A stretch of 64,000 nucleotides of DNA from Sphingomonadales bacterium (GCA_038217195.1 JBBQPQ010000002.1:16735-80734); one strand, 5' to 3'. Shown: positions 1 through 10,308, counted from the stretch's first letter. The notes: generated by a model not told the origin, from the sequence alone. A program made the numbers and translations.

Positions 1-1
1 C

Positions 2-157
2 GTCGTCGATCCGTGGGGCACCGTGCTTTTGGATATGGGGATGTCGCCAGGCCTCGCTTTTGTCGATCTGGACCTAAGCAAAATCAACGACGTGCGAAGC
101 CAAATTCCTGTGCATAGAAATCGCCGGGCCATTCCGCCGATCTTTATGGCCAACTAA
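2..157 (+). CDS. 3' end of carbon-nitrogen hydrolase (nitrilase) family protein, partial
   Basis: Not in ORF track. Frame 2 reads VVDPWGTVLLDMGMSPGLAFVDLDLSKINDVRSQIPVHRNRRAIPPIFMAN*, with TAA at 155-157. VVDPWG...R..IPV is the typical Nit-family C-terminus. Confidence 0.8.
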   Translation, partial: VVDPWGTVLLDMGMSPGLAFVDLDLSKINDVRSQIPVHRNRRAIPPIFMAN

Positions 158-177
158 AGCTGCGATAGGGCGGCCAG

Positions 178-393
178 ATGGAGTTTATGGAAAAATTGGT
201 CTGGCAGGACCATTTCTGGACAGGCGTCTCGCTTATATTGGCAATGGTCGTGGTCATCAGCAGCCTTGCCGACCGAAGACGGCATAAACGCGCAGACATT
301 GAAGACGTCGGTTTTGTACCATGGACGATGATAACGGTATTGTCCGTTCTCGGCACAGTATTGTCCACGGCTCTGGCGATTAAAGGCTTTTAG
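178..393 (+). CDS. Small two-TM membrane protein, unknown function
   Basis: 71 aa with two hydrophobic segments flanking a basic loop (RRRHKR). Follows the nitrilase gene on the same strand. Confidence 0.7.
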   Translation: MEFMEKLVWQDHFWTGVSLILAMVVVISSLADRRRHKRADIEDVGFVPWTMITVLSVLGTVLSTALAIKGF

Positions 394-1940
394 CCAAGGC
401 AAGCTTCCAGAAACGGTTGATCGAAGCCAAACTGGCGCGCCTTCTCAAGAGTATAGGGCCTGACGCCGCCTGGGACCCACTCGCCATGGATTTTGCCGTC
501 AGCATCTTCGTCGCGATACTCAAATTTGAACAGGTCTTGCGTGACGATTACGTCGCCTTCCATCCCGATGACCTCCGTAATCTGAGTCGTCCGGCGTGAA
601 CCGTCGCGCAGACGCTTGACCTGCACGATCAAATCCACGGATTCGGCGATCTGCCGTGAAATGGCTTCTTTAGGGATTTTAATGTCACCCATCAGAATCA
701 TATTTTCCATACGGCCAAGGCATTCACGCGGGTTGTTGGCGTGAAGTGTACACATGGAGCCGTCGTGGCCCGTGTTCATGGCCGCGAGAAGATCAAAACA
801 CTCCGCGCCACGAATTTCGCCCAATATGATCCGGTCAGGACGCATACGCAGGGCGTTTTTCACGAGATCGCCGATCGTGATAGCGCCGTCGCCTTCAAGA
901 TTCGGCGGGCGCGTTTCGAGCGGCAACCAATGTGGCTGTTGAAGTCTGAGTTCGGCAGCGTCTTCGATCGTCAAAACACGCTCGCCTGGATCAATCATCT
1001 TCGACAGGGCGTTTAGCATGGTGGTTTTACCCGAACCCGTACCACCCGAGATAACGATGTTCATGCGGCAGGCGCCCGCGATTTTAAGCGCGGTTGCCAT
1101 CGCCTCGCTCATCGAGCCAAAGCCTTTAAGCATGTCGATTGTGATGGGCTTTTCGGAGAATTTACGAATGGAAATCGCAGTCCCGCGCAATGACAAAGGT
1201 GGCACAATGACGTTGACACGGCTGCCGTCTTTCAGGCGGGCGTCGGCCAGTGGCGTCGTTTGGTCGACCCGGCGGCCAACCTGGTTGACGATCCGTTGCG
1301 CGATTTGAAACAGATGCTCCTCGTCGCGAAACTGGATTGGTGCAATCTGAAGCTTGCCCTTCTTTTCGATGTAGGTCTGCAATGGTCCGTTGACCATGAT
1401 ATCTGAAATGTCGGGATCGCTGAGCAATTCCTCCAACGGACCAAAGCCAAGCAATTCGTCAACGAGCACCTTTTCCAGCGCAAATTGTTCGCGTCGATTG
1501 AGGGTGAGTTTCAGTTCAGCCAAAACCTCGAGAATGATGGGCCGGAATTCTTCCGTCAGTTCTTCCTTGTTCAGCGACGCGGCGGCCTCAGGATCGACGC
1601 GCTCAAGCAAGCGCGGGAGAACCTGTTCCTTGATTTTGTGAACGGAAGCTTCAAAACCCTGGGGGCCATCGGCGACTGGGGCCGCGTTATTGGCGCGATC
1701 CGACAGGCGGCTCATGGCCTCTTGCATCGGCGTTTGAGCAACGCCGCTGCCGCCGGGAAACTCCGCCTGGTCGAGCGAAGGAAACTGTTCGCCTCCGATC
1801 GGTGGAGGCATGAAGTCGGGTTGTGATTGCAAGGCTGACGGCTGTTGCGCAGCTTGTGAACCTCCGCCCGTCATGGGGCGGGCGACGCCAAATGAAGGGC
1901 GCCCCGAAGTTAAGCCTGGTTTTTTCCCAAATGCGCTCAC
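390..1940 (-). CDS. cpaF: CpaF/TadA family Flp pilus assembly ATPase
   Basis: Walker [10 protein letters not shown], Asp box [23 protein letters not shown], and His box [12 protein letters not shown]. Low-complexity N-terminal extension of about 100 aa. Confidence 0.93.
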   Translation of the reverse strand: MSAFGKKPGLTSGRPSFGVARPMTGGGSQAAQQPSALQSQPDFMPPPIGGEQFPSLDQAEFPGGSGVAQTPMQEAMSRLSDRANNAAPVADGPQGFEASVHKIKEQVLPRLLERVDPEAAASLNKEELTEEFRPIILEVLAELKLTLNRREQFALEKVLVDELLGFGPLEELLSDPDISDIMVNGPLQTYIEKKGKLQIAPIQFRDEEHLFQIAQRIVNQVGRRVDQTTPLADARLKDGSRVNVIVPPLSLRGTAISIRKFSEKPITIDMLKGFGSMSEAMATALKIAGACRMNIVISGGTGSGKTTMLNALSKMIDPGERVLTIEDAAELRLQQPHWLPLETRPPNLEGDGAITIGDLVKNALRMRPDRIILGEIRGAECFDLLAAMNTGHDGSMCTLHANNPRECLGRMENMILMGDIKIPKEAISRQIAESVDLIVQVKRLRDGSRRTTQITEVIGMEGDVIVTQDLFKFEYRDEDADGKIHGEWVPGGVRPYTLEKARQFGFDQPFLEACLG

Positions 1941-2106
1941 GCTAACCTGCTCCGATGGACCATTGATATTACCGACACCGTGCTATCCACAAATGGTGAA
2001 TAAAATCGTAATGCCGACTTTGGATGGCATCATGTCCTTGGCAGTTCTGTGGCTTTCTATTCCAGAAAAAGCTGACTAAGGGGGCCCTGCAAATGGGGAA
2101 ATCTTC

Positions 2107-2988
2107 ATGACATCATCGTCGACCCGTTCGGGGCTGCTATTCGCCCTTTGCGGATTTGCGCTGTTGTCTGTTGGCGATGCGGTTATCAAATCCATTGCCG
2201 GCGCATGGCCAGGTACGGCGGTTGCAGCGCTGCGTTATTCTATCGGAGCTATCGGTCTTGGCACACTGCTTTTCCTGAAAGAAGGGCGACAGGGATTTGC
2301 CATACCGATGCCAAGATTTCAGCTGCTGCGCGGATGCGCAGTCGCATTGGCAACGATCTGTTTCTTTTCGTCCATATTCCTCATGCCATTGGCCGAGGCA
2401 ACGGCCATTGGTTTCACAAGTCCAATGATCACGGGCATTTTGAGCTTTATCTTTCTGCGGGAAGCAACCAGCAGGACGAAATGGCTCGCGACCGTTATGG
2501 CCTTTGGCGGCGTTTTGCTCATCATGCGCCCAAACCTTGCCGAGCTTGGCTGGGCGGCTTTGCTGCCGCTCGTGGCAGCCCTGAGCATGGCATGCGTGAT
2601 GATCGGTAACCGGGCGGTGGCTGGTGCTGGGTCGCCACTTTTGATGCAGTTTCTGGTAGCCTCCGTTGCGGTTCCGTTCATTCTGACCGCGGCGATATTG
2701 GGCCATTTTTCCGGCTTCGACGCGTTGCACATTGATGTTCCCGACTGGACGATTGTCGCGCGCTGCGCGGTGGTGGCGATGACGGCTACGTCTGCGCACT
2801 GGCTCATTTTCATGGGAACGACCCGTGCGTCGGCCGCAGATATTGCGCCGATGTCCTATGTCCAGTTGTTGATTGCACTCGCCTTGGGGATATTGATATT
2901 TGGCGATTGGCCGGATTTGACGTCGCTGACAGGCTCGGGAATCATCATTGCAGCGGGTATGCTGCTGTGGCGAAAATCTGCGGCATAA
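2107..2988 (+). CDS. DMT (EamA-like) superfamily transporter
   Basis: 293 aa with about 10 hydrophobic helices and a two-repeat EamA layout (FSSIFLMPLAEATAIGF / ADIAPMSYVQL). Confidence 0.88.
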   Translation: MTSSSTRSGLLFALCGFALLSVGDAVIKSIAGAWPGTAVAALRYSIGAIGLGTLLFLKEGRQGFAIPMPRFQLLRGCAVALATICFFSSIFLMPLAEATAIGFTSPMITGILSFIFLREATSRTKWLATVMAFGGVLLIMRPNLAELGWAALLPLVAALSMACVMIGNRAVAGAGSPLLMQFLVASVAVPFILTAAILGHFSGFDALHIDVPDWTIVARCAVVAMTATSAHWLIFMGTTRASAADIAPMSYVQLLIALALGILIFGDWPDLTSLTGSGIIIAAGMLLWRKSAA

Positions 2989-3119
2989 TGGCCGCTTTTC
3001 GCGCAACTATTTGAACATTTGCGATAAGTATTTTACATTTTAAATATAGAAATGCGGCTTTATTCAACGTATATCGTGATGACTGTTCATGTCCAACAGC
3101 TGCTACGGAGTTATTTCAG

Positions 3120-3422
3120 ATGAAACTCAAAATTGGCATCGTAATTGCTGGAATGATGTTGTCGCCGCCAGCGTTCGCTCAAACCTATAATGGCTTTGTT
3201 ACCCAGCCGACTTACGACTTCAGCTCTTCCAACATGTCTTGGGCTTATGGATCTGATCAACGTCAGAATGCGGCCCAGGTTCTGGCGCAGTTGCGTACAT
3301 TGTGCAGCAGTACGCACCATTATGACCAATATTATTGCGCGCGCGGCATGAAGGTTCTGAAAAAGGCCTATGCAGAGTATAAGTTGCGCAACGCATCCGA
3401 TGCTGGGTTGCTCGATAAATAG
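3120..3422 (+). CDS. Hypothetical secreted protein
   Basis: 100 aa with signal peptide MKLKIGIVIAGMMLSPPAFA and two Cys. AT-rich upstream region. No family recognised. Confidence 0.65.
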   Translation: MKLKIGIVIAGMMLSPPAFAQTYNGFVTQPTYDFSSSNMSWAYGSDQRQNAAQVLAQLRTLCSSTHHYDQYYCARGMKVLKKAYAEYKLRNASDAGLLDK

Positions 3423-3481
3423 GACAAGTCAGCGTAAGATTAACCGTAGGCGCAGACCACAGCCGCTGCTATCCAGCCGGC

Positions 3482-6298
3482 ATGTCTGATCAAAAGCATC
3501 TCTATCTCGTTGACGGTTCCGCTTATATTTTTCGGGCATATCACCGGCTGCCCCCATTAACCAACAAGAATGGCGAACCTGTCGGCGCGGTATATGGCTA
3601 CACGACCATGCTTTGGAAGCTGGCAGACGATCTTAATCAGGCGGACGGCCCTACGCACATGGCCGTGGTGCTGGACAAATCCAGCCAAACATTCCGCAAT
3701 CGCATATACGACCAGTATAAGGCTCACCGGCCCGACCCGCCGGAGGATTTGAAGCCGCAATTCCCGATGATACGCGACGCAACGCGCGCGTTTTCGCTGC
3801 CGTTGATCGAAGAGGATGATGTCGAGGCGGATGACATGATCGCAAGCTACGCCAAAGCCGCATGTGCGGCGGGGTGGCATGTGACGATCGTCAGCAGCGA
3901 CAAGGACCTCATGCAACTGGTCGAGCCATGCATCGACATGTTCGATACGATGAAGAACGAGCGCATCCGCGCTGAAGAAGTGTTCGAGAAATTCGGCGTT
4001 GGTCCCGAAAAAGTCGGCGATGTGCTAGCATTGATGGGCGACAGCGTTGACAATGTCCCCGGTGTGCCAGGCGTTGGGCCCAAAACGGCGACCAAGCTGA
4101 TTCAGGAATTTGGCGATCTGGAAAACGTACTGGCTGCCGCGCCTGACATGAAGCCGTCAAAGATGCGCGATAACCTCATTGAGCACGCCGAAAAGGCGCG
4201 GCTTTCGAAAGTGCTGGTGACGCTGCGCGAAGATTGCCCGTTGCCGATCGCCATTGAAGATATGGTGTTGGGTGCGATTCCCGAAGAACCGCTCGTCGAC
4301 TTCTTGCAACATCATGGCTTCAATTCGCTGCTGAAGCGTATCGGGCATGTCGTGAATACTGCCGCTGCGAACAAGGCGATTGCCGGCAATCCGAAGGCTG
4401 CAAATGCCGGCGATGGTGCGAAGCTAGCGCCCTTCATGGGCGCAGCAGCGGTGCCAGCGGCCATGCCGAAAATCGACGTTTCCATTTACGAATGCGTGAC
4501 TGACATTGCCCGGCTTGATCATTGGATCGTGCGGGCCCGTGAAACCGGTACGCTCGGCTTTGACACTGAAACCGACAGCTTGCAGGCCGCCAGCGCCAAC
4601 CTTGTGGGCTTCAGCCTTGCCGTTTCACCCGGCGAAGCATGCTATGTACCACTTGCGCATGGTGGAACAGACATGTTCGCCGAACGGCCAGTGCAGATAG
4701 ATATGGAAACCGCACTCGCCCGCCTGCGGCCGATATTGAGCGACCCCAGCGTTCTGAAAATCGGCCAGAATTTGAAATATGACATGTCAGTGCTTGCACG
4801 GCACAGCTTGCGCATTACGCCCTATGACGACACGATGGTCATGAGTTTTGCTCTGGATGCAGGCCGTCAGGCACATGGCATGGACGAACTGGCAAAAGCG
4901 CATCTGCAGCATGAATGCATTTCGTACAAAAGTGTCACTGGCACGGGCAAAAGCCAGATCGGTTTCGCGGCAGTTCCATTAAGCGATGCCACTTGCTACG
5001 CAGCCGAGGACGCCGATGTGACATTGCGGCTATGGCATCATCTGAAACTGCGTTTGAGCCCTGAAAAGGCAACGAGCGTCTATGAACTTGTGGATCGCCC
5101 ATTGGTGCCAGTCCTGTCGCAAATGGAATGCGCCGGCATCAAGGTGGATCGTGCTGTCCTGGCGCGGTTGTCTTCGGAATTTGCCGCGCAAATGGAAGTG
5201 CTTGAAAAGGAAATTCATGGGCTTGCTGGCCAGCCCTTTACGATTGGCAGTCCGCAACAGCTTGGAGAAATCCTGTTTGGCAAAATGGGCTATAAGGGCG
5301 GCAAAAAGGGGAAATCGGGGCAATATTCGACCGATGTGACAGTGTTGGAAGACCTCGCCGGTCAAGGCATCGAGATTGCCCGCAAAGTTCTGGGCTGGCG
5401 CCAGCTTGCAAAGCTTAAGTCCACTTATACTGACAGCCTGCAGCAGCAAATTGACCCCAAAACGGGGCGTGTGCATACCAGTTACAGCCTTGTGGGCGCC
5501 CAGACGGGGCGGTTGTCCTCAACCGACCCCAATTTGCAGAACATCCCGATTCGCACCGAAACCGGACGTCAGATAAGGGATGCGTTCGTGGCAGAACCGG
5601 GCAATGTCATATTGTCAGCTGACTATAGCCAGATTGAGCTTCGCCTCGCGGCCCATTTTGCCGATGTCGAACCCTTGCGCGACGCTTTTGAGAAGGGTGA
5701 GGATATTCATGCGCGTACAGCGCTGGAACTGTTCGGTGAAGTAAACCGCGACACCCGTGGCCGGGCGAAAACGATCAACTTCTCGATTCTGTATGGCATC
5801 TCGCGCTGGGGGCTTTCAAAGCGTCTGGAGTCCTCGGCGGAGGAGGCACAGGCCCTGATCGACGCCTATTTCAAACGCTTTCCAGGCATTTCCAATTATA
5901 TCCAAGAGACAATGGCAACGGTGCGCGAAAGCGGGCATTCAACGACATTGTTCGGGCGCAAGACGTGGTTTCCACGCATCAAATCCCCCAATCAAGCAGA
6001 AAGACAAGGCAGCGAGCGCGCCGCTATTAACGCGCCGATTCAAGGCACGAGCGCAGACATCATCAAGCGCGCAATGGTGCAGATGGGCCCCGCGTTGGCA
6101 GCCGCTGGCTTGGGCCATGTCAAAATGCTGCTTCAGGTGCACGATGAACTGGTGTTTGAATTGCCTGAAGAAGATGTGAACGAAGCAAGCGATGTCATTC
6201 GCAACATTATGGCTGGAGCTGCCGAGCCTTTGGTGCACCTGACGGTGCCGCTGGGTATCGAGATCGGGACTGGCCCAAGCTGGGGGGCGGCGCATTGA
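3482..6298 (+). CDS. polA: DNA polymerase I
   Basis: 5'-3' exonuclease start LVDGSAYIFRAYH, 3'-5' exo motifs FDTET / NLKYD / YAAED, polymerase motifs DYSQIELR, INFSILYG and LQVHDEL. Confidence 0.98.
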   Translation: MSDQKHLYLVDGSAYIFRAYHRLPPLTNKNGEPVGAVYGYTTMLWKLADDLNQADGPTHMAVVLDKSSQTFRNRIYDQYKAHRPDPPEDLKPQFPMIRDATRAFSLPLIEEDDVEADDMIASYAKAACAAGWHVTIVSSDKDLMQLVEPCIDMFDTMKNERIRAEEVFEKFGVGPEKVGDVLALMGDSVDNVPGVPGVGPKTATKLIQEFGDLENVLAAAPDMKPSKMRDNLIEHAEKARLSKVLVTLREDCPLPIAIEDMVLGAIPEEPLVDFLQHHGFNSLLKRIGHVVNTAAANKAIAGNPKAANAGDGAKLAPFMGAAAVPAAMPKIDVSIYECVTDIARLDHWIVRARETGTLGFDTETDSLQAASANLVGFSLAVSPGEACYVPLAHGGTDMFAERPVQIDMETALARLRPILSDPSVLKIGQNLKYDMSVLARHSLRITPYDDTMVMSFALDAGRQAHGMDELAKAHLQHECISYKSVTGTGKSQIGFAAVPLSDATCYAAEDADVTLRLWHHLKLRLSPEKATSVYELVDRPLVPVLSQMECAGIKVDRAVLARLSSEFAAQMEVLEKEIHGLAGQPFTIGSPQQLGEILFGKMGYKGGKKGKSGQYSTDVTVLEDLAGQGIEIARKVLGWRQLAKLKSTYTDSLQQQIDPKTGRVHTSYSLVGAQTGRLSSTDPNLQNIPIRTETGRQIRDAFVAEPGNVILSADYSQIELRLAAHFADVEPLRDAFEKGEDIHARTALELFGEVNRDTRGRAKTINFSILYGISRWGLSKRLESSAEEAQALIDAYFKRFPGISNYIQETMATVRESGHSTTLFGRKTWFPRIKSPNQAERQGSERAAINAPIQGTSADIIKRAMVQMGPALAAAGLGHVKMLLQVHDELVFELPEEDVNEASDVIRNIMAGAAEPLVHLTVPLGIEIGTGPSWGAAH

Positions 6299-6317
6299 AA
6301 TGGCCGCCCACCTAGAA

Positions 6318-6572
6318 TTAGCTGGCGCGGTTTTCTTCTTGTTCGAATGTCACCGCAACGTCGCCATTTGCTGACAAACGTACAGTGCCGTCTTCAACCG
6401 TCGCAACGAGTCCGCCATCGATATAATGGTGATGGCCCTCATGGCTGCCTTCGCCGGAATCCTTCTTGGTCAGCTTGATTCGATTGCCTTCAACGCCGTC
6501 GACGGTGCCAACATGGACGCCATCAGCGCCAATGACTTCTGCATGTTCTTTGACTTGTGATAGATCTGCCAT
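6318..6572 (-). CDS. DUF2171-like small protein (stress-associated family)
   Basis: MADLSQVKEHAEVIGADGVHVGTVDGVEGNRIKLTKKDS...HHHYI. Start moved to the ATG at 6572, behind an AAGGAAA RBS. Confidence 0.8.
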   Translation of the reverse strand: MADLSQVKEHAEVIGADGVHVGTVDGVEGNRIKLTKKDSGEGSHEGHHHYIDGGLVATVEDGTVRLSANGDVAVTFEQEENRAS

Positions 6573-6601
6573 GACATTTTCCTTTGATTGAGAGGGCAGT
6601 A

Positions 6602-6626
6602 AACGCCCCAAATTCGATCTGGGTCC
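6602..6626 (-). promoter_or_regulatory. Candidate EcfG/sigmaT general-stress promoter
   Basis: Minus strand reads GGACC-N16-CGTT, one mismatch from GGAAC-N16/17-CGTT, about 30 nt upstream of the DUF2171-like start. Confidence 0.5.
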
Positions 6627-6782
6627 AAAATCTCAGTTAAGGAATGAACAGATTGCGCGATCACATGCTCGGTCTGTCCCAAATATTTCTTATTTCTATA
6701 TTCATATTGTCGCACAGCATTCGCCAAAGTGACGCTTCAGTTGCGCATAGGCCCTGCATCTCATTCCACTGGAGTTCATGCC

Positions 6783-9056
6783 ATGCGTCGTCCACATATT
6801 GCTGTTGCTATCTCAATCCTCAGTGTCTCCACTGCGATGCCCGTCTTTGCGCAGACTCCAGAAGCCGACGACCAAGCATTTGAAGGCGAGATCATCGTTA
6901 CCGCGCAAAAGCGCGACCAACGTCTAGTTGACGTCCCGGTGACGCTCAGCGCCGTTAGCGGTGCGCGCTTGCAGGAGCTTGGCGTCAGTGACCTTGATGA
7001 ACTCGCCAATTATATTCCCGGCCTCAACATTCAGGAACAGAGCGCCAACAATCCGGGTGTCGTCATTCGTGGTATTACGTCCGATTCCGGTTCGGCGCAG
7101 CAGGCCGCCCGCGTGACGCTATATTACAACGGCGTCGATATTTCGCGGTCGCGCGGTTCCTATCAGGACATTTACGATATCGAGCGAATCGAAGTCATCA
7201 AGGGGCCACAAGCAACACTGTTTGGTACGGCATCGGCCGTCGGAGCAATCAGCATCATATCCGCGCGTCCGCAAGCCGGATTTTCCGGCGCGCTTACCGG
7301 CGGAATTGGCAACTATGACCAACGTCAGCTTGGCGGTTTCGTCAACGTCGGCTCCGATACACTGGCTGGACGCATCGCGTTCGCCTTCAAGAAGCGCGAT
7401 GGTTATGTGAACAACCTTGCTCCTGGTCAGGACGATCTCAATGGCCAAAATCAGCTTGGCGCGCGCGGGTCGCTTCGGCTTACACCCAATGATGCGCTGA
7501 CCGCTGACCTCATCCTTACCTATGACCGTCAACGCAACCCGGGGACCGCTTTTGTTTCGCGCGCATTGCCGACGGCATCTGGACCCGGCAATCCATTTGG
7601 CGACGCATTTCTTGGCGGCTCGCCGCGCTCTTTGCAGGATTTGTATCAGGAAAAGCTTGGGCTGACCCGCGATGTCTATGACGCAAATTTCACCGTGAAT
7701 TATGAATTTGCCGACAATTGGGCGATGACGATGGTCAATGGTTACCGCAAGTTTGACTCGCTTGAAGTGTTTGATGCCGACGGATCAGCTGCATGGTACC
7801 TTGAATTTACGGAACTGGCCAAGGGCGAGCAGTTCAACCATGAAACCCGCTTTGCATATACCGACGACAAATTCCGAGGCTCGTTCGGTTTCAACTTCTT
7901 CCACGAAGACAGCATTCAAAATGTGCCATTCTCATCCAATGAACGGGTGTTCCTTGCCTGTGCGACAAGCACCGCCGCCACGCGCGCTCAATGTGTAGCG
8001 CCCGACGGCAGCGTTCCTGCCCAGGCGCTGACGCCTGTCCCCTATAGCTCCGTCTTTGAGAACCAGGGTCGCAATGACAGTTATTCGATGTTTGCCGACG
8101 GCACATGGATTCCAACACCGCGGCTTGAGCTGACCGCTGGAGCGCGCGTCCTGATCGAGAAGCGCCGGTCGGGCTTTTATGCCCGGGTTCCGCGTTCGGC
8201 TCTCACCGGGGGTGCATCGCTGATACCGGGGCAGGTCGATACCGGGGGACAGACATTCCGAACGGAAGACAGCTTCCAGGCGGTATTACCACGCTTCAAC
8301 ATGCTTTACCGTTTCTCGGACAATTTCAACGGCTACGCTACCGTCTCAAAGGGCCGCCGGTCTGCGACGGTTCAGCTCGGCGCGCGTGCCACTACCGCCG
8401 GGCCAGTTGCGAACTTCACACCGGTGCTCGCCGAAAATATCTGGAACTATGAGGTCGGCCTGAAGGGGGCGTTAGGCATTTTCTCTGGTTCAATCGGCGC
8501 TTATTATCTGACCTATGATAATTTCCAGGTCAGCATCGTTCTGCCAAATGGCACGACACAGACGCAAAGCGCAGGTTCAGCCGCCAACAAGGGTGTTGAA
8601 GCCGAATTGACGATGAAACCAACAACCTGGCTCAGCGTGTTTGGCAATATCGGCTATATCGATGGCGGTATTGACGACAAACCAACCATTGCTGCAAATT
8701 TCCGTGGAGCAAAATTCCGCCTTCAACCCGAGGTGCAGGCATCGGCTGGCTTTACGATTGATGCGCCTTTGGGCGGGGTAACCTTCTTTGCAACGCCGTC
8801 GGTGACATATCGCAGCAAGATGTTTTTCGAAATTCCCAACAACCCGCTGATTGCGCAGGATGCTGTGACTTTGGTCAACGTGAATGCGGGCTTCCGCTTT
8901 GGTGAAGACAGGTTCGAGATATCGGCCTTTGCCCGCAACCTGCTGAACGAAGATTATCTGCTTGATGCAGGCAATACGGGCGGTGGTTTCGGTATACCAA
9001 GCTATATTCCCGCTGAGCCGCGTCTTTACGGCATCAGGGTTGGTGCGAAGTTCTAA
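6783..9056 (+). CDS. TonB-dependent receptor
   Basis: Signal peptide, EIIVTAQKR TonB-box region, plug motif ERIEVIKGPQATLFG, and C-terminal YGIRVGAKF. ATG at 6783 preferred over the track's GTG at 6729. Confidence 0.95.
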   Translation: MRRPHIAVAISILSVSTAMPVFAQTPEADDQAFEGEIIVTAQKRDQRLVDVPVTLSAVSGARLQELGVSDLDELANYIPGLNIQEQSANNPGVVIRGITSDSGSAQQAARVTLYYNGVDISRSRGSYQDIYDIERIEVIKGPQATLFGTASAVGAISIISARPQAGFSGALTGGIGNYDQRQLGGFVNVGSDTLAGRIAFAFKKRDGYVNNLAPGQDDLNGQNQLGARGSLRLTPNDALTADLILTYDRQRNPGTAFVSRALPTASGPGNPFGDAFLGGSPRSLQDLYQEKLGLTRDVYDANFTVNYEFADNWAMTMVNGYRKFDSLEVFDADGSAAWYLEFTELAKGEQFNHETRFAYTDDKFRGSFGFNFFHEDSIQNVPFSSNERVFLACATSTAATRAQCVAPDGSVPAQALTPVPYSSVFENQGRNDSYSMFADGTWIPTPRLELTAGARVLIEKRRSGFYARVPRSALTGGASLIPGQVDTGGQTFRTEDSFQAVLPRFNMLYRFSDNFNGYATVSKGRRSATVQLGARATTAGPVANFTPVLAENIWNYEVGLKGALGIFSGSIGAYYLTYDNFQVSIVLPNGTTQTQSAGSAANKGVEAELTMKPTTWLSVFGNIGYIDGGIDDKPTIAANFRGAKFRLQPEVQASAGFTIDAPLGGVTFFATPSVTYRSKMFFEIPNNPLIAQDAVTLVNVNAGFRFGEDRFEISAFARNLLNEDYLLDAGNTGGGFGIPSYIPAEPRLYGIRVGAKF

Positions 9057-9197
9057 AACGGAGAAGTTTCCTTCGGCAGAGGACGGATAAGCCATTGCGA
9101 TGTAATATTCTTCCTGAGATATTCATCTGGCCAATCGTGAACCGCCCAGTGGCTTTAGGGGCATGCAATCAGCCCATATATAGTCTGAAGTGTTTTA

Positions 9198-9237
9198 GGT
9201 GAGACCTTGGTGTGACTTTTCACATTATCGTCTCACC
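9198..9237. other. Long imperfect hairpin in a convergent intergenic region
   Basis: GGTGAGAC...GTCTCACC outer stem plus TGGTGTGA-CTTT-TCACATTA inner stem. No U-tract directly after it on either strand. Confidence 0.5.
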
Positions 9238-9270
9238 ACATTAGGCAGAACGATGCAGGTGTAAGCGGGT

Positions 9271-10164
9271 TTAGCCGCGGTTGCGTGTCTGCATATAGGT
9301 GCCGAGCAAGCGGACCGAATTGCAGTGGAACCGAAGCTCGTCGAGCGCCCGATCGACGGCCGGGTCACCCGGGGCACCTTCGATGTCGGCAAAGAATTCC
9401 GTTGCCGCAAAGCTTGCGCCATTTTGGTAGCTTTCAAGCTTGGTCATGTTAACGCCGTTGGTCGCAAACCCGCCCATGGCCTTATACAGGGCAGCAGGAA
9501 TGTTTTTCACCTCGAATATAAAGGTGGTCATGAGCGTTCCGCTGAGCTTGTTGCGTTCGACAGGCTCTCTTGCGAGAACCACGAAACGAGTCGTATTGCT
9601 TGGATCGTCCTGCACGCCTTCATTTATTGCAACCAGCCCGTATAGCTCGGCAGCGATCGGCGGCGCGATTGCTGCTGCGGAGGGATCGTCATTTGCGGCA
9701 ACAAAGGCGGCGGCAGCGGCAGTGTCCGCATAAGCGACCGGGATGATGCCATGTTCGCGTAAATAATGCCGACATTGCCCAAGTGCTTGCGGGTGGCTCA
9801 TCGCTGTCTTGAGAACTGCATCGGCAGACTTTGCCATCAGGCAATGGCGGATCGACATGAAATGCTCGGCATTTATACTCAGGCCCGACTCAGGTAGCAA
9901 AAAGTGTATGTCCGCAACGCGGCCGTGCAGCGAATTTTCAATCGGGATGATTGCCCGCGCTGCCGTGCCATCCTTGACGGCATCAATTGCGTCCTCGAAC
10001 GAAAAACAGGGCAGGGGTAGGCATTCCGCATCATATTCCAGTGCCGCCAGATGCGAATTGGCCCCTGGTGCGCCCTGAAATGCAAGTGCCTTTGCAGGTT
10101 GCTCTTTTGCGGCAAGGGTCATCTCTTGGACAAGTGCGAGTGCTGGTGCCGGATAGCTGTTCAT
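9271..10164 (-). CDS. pheA: Prephenate dehydratase
   Basis: AFQGAPGANS, IPIENS, SHPQALGQC, NTTRF, and an ACT domain with TNGVNMTKLES. Confidence 0.95.
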   Translation of the reverse strand: MNSYPAPALALVQEMTLAAKEQPAKALAFQGAPGANSHLAALEYDAECLPLPCFSFEDAIDAVKDGTAARAIIPIENSLHGRVADIHFLLPESGLSINAEHFMSIRHCLMAKSADAVLKTAMSHPQALGQCRHYLREHGIIPVAYADTAAAAAFVAANDDPSAAAIAPPIAAELYGLVAINEGVQDDPSNTTRFVVLAREPVERNKLSGTLMTTFIFEVKNIPAALYKAMGGFATNGVNMTKLESYQNGASFAATEFFADIEGAPGDPAVDRALDELRFHCNSVRLLGTYMQTRNRG

Positions 10165-10308
10165 CGGAAAAGGCGATAGGATAGCGAAACTTATCGGGCA
10201 AGTCTGGATTTCGGCACTTGCACGGCGTTCACGTGGTCATTAGAGGGGCCACATAATCCGGCCGTTATCCCACGCCGGTATTCCAACGCACTTCAAGGCT
10301 GATAACCA

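Noticed and set aside
1985-2010. CtrA site upstream of cpaF (TTCACCAT on the minus strand)
   Set aside because: Only a one-mismatch half-site; no TTAA-N7-TTAA.
2137-3006. 289-aa minus-strand ORF
   Set aside because: Antisense to the DMT gene; an Arg/Gln/His-rich composition typical of the reverse of a membrane-protein gene.
9211-9224. TGTGA...TCACA as a CRP/FNR-type site
   Set aside because: The spacer is 4 nt rather than 6, and it lies in a convergent region inside a hairpin.
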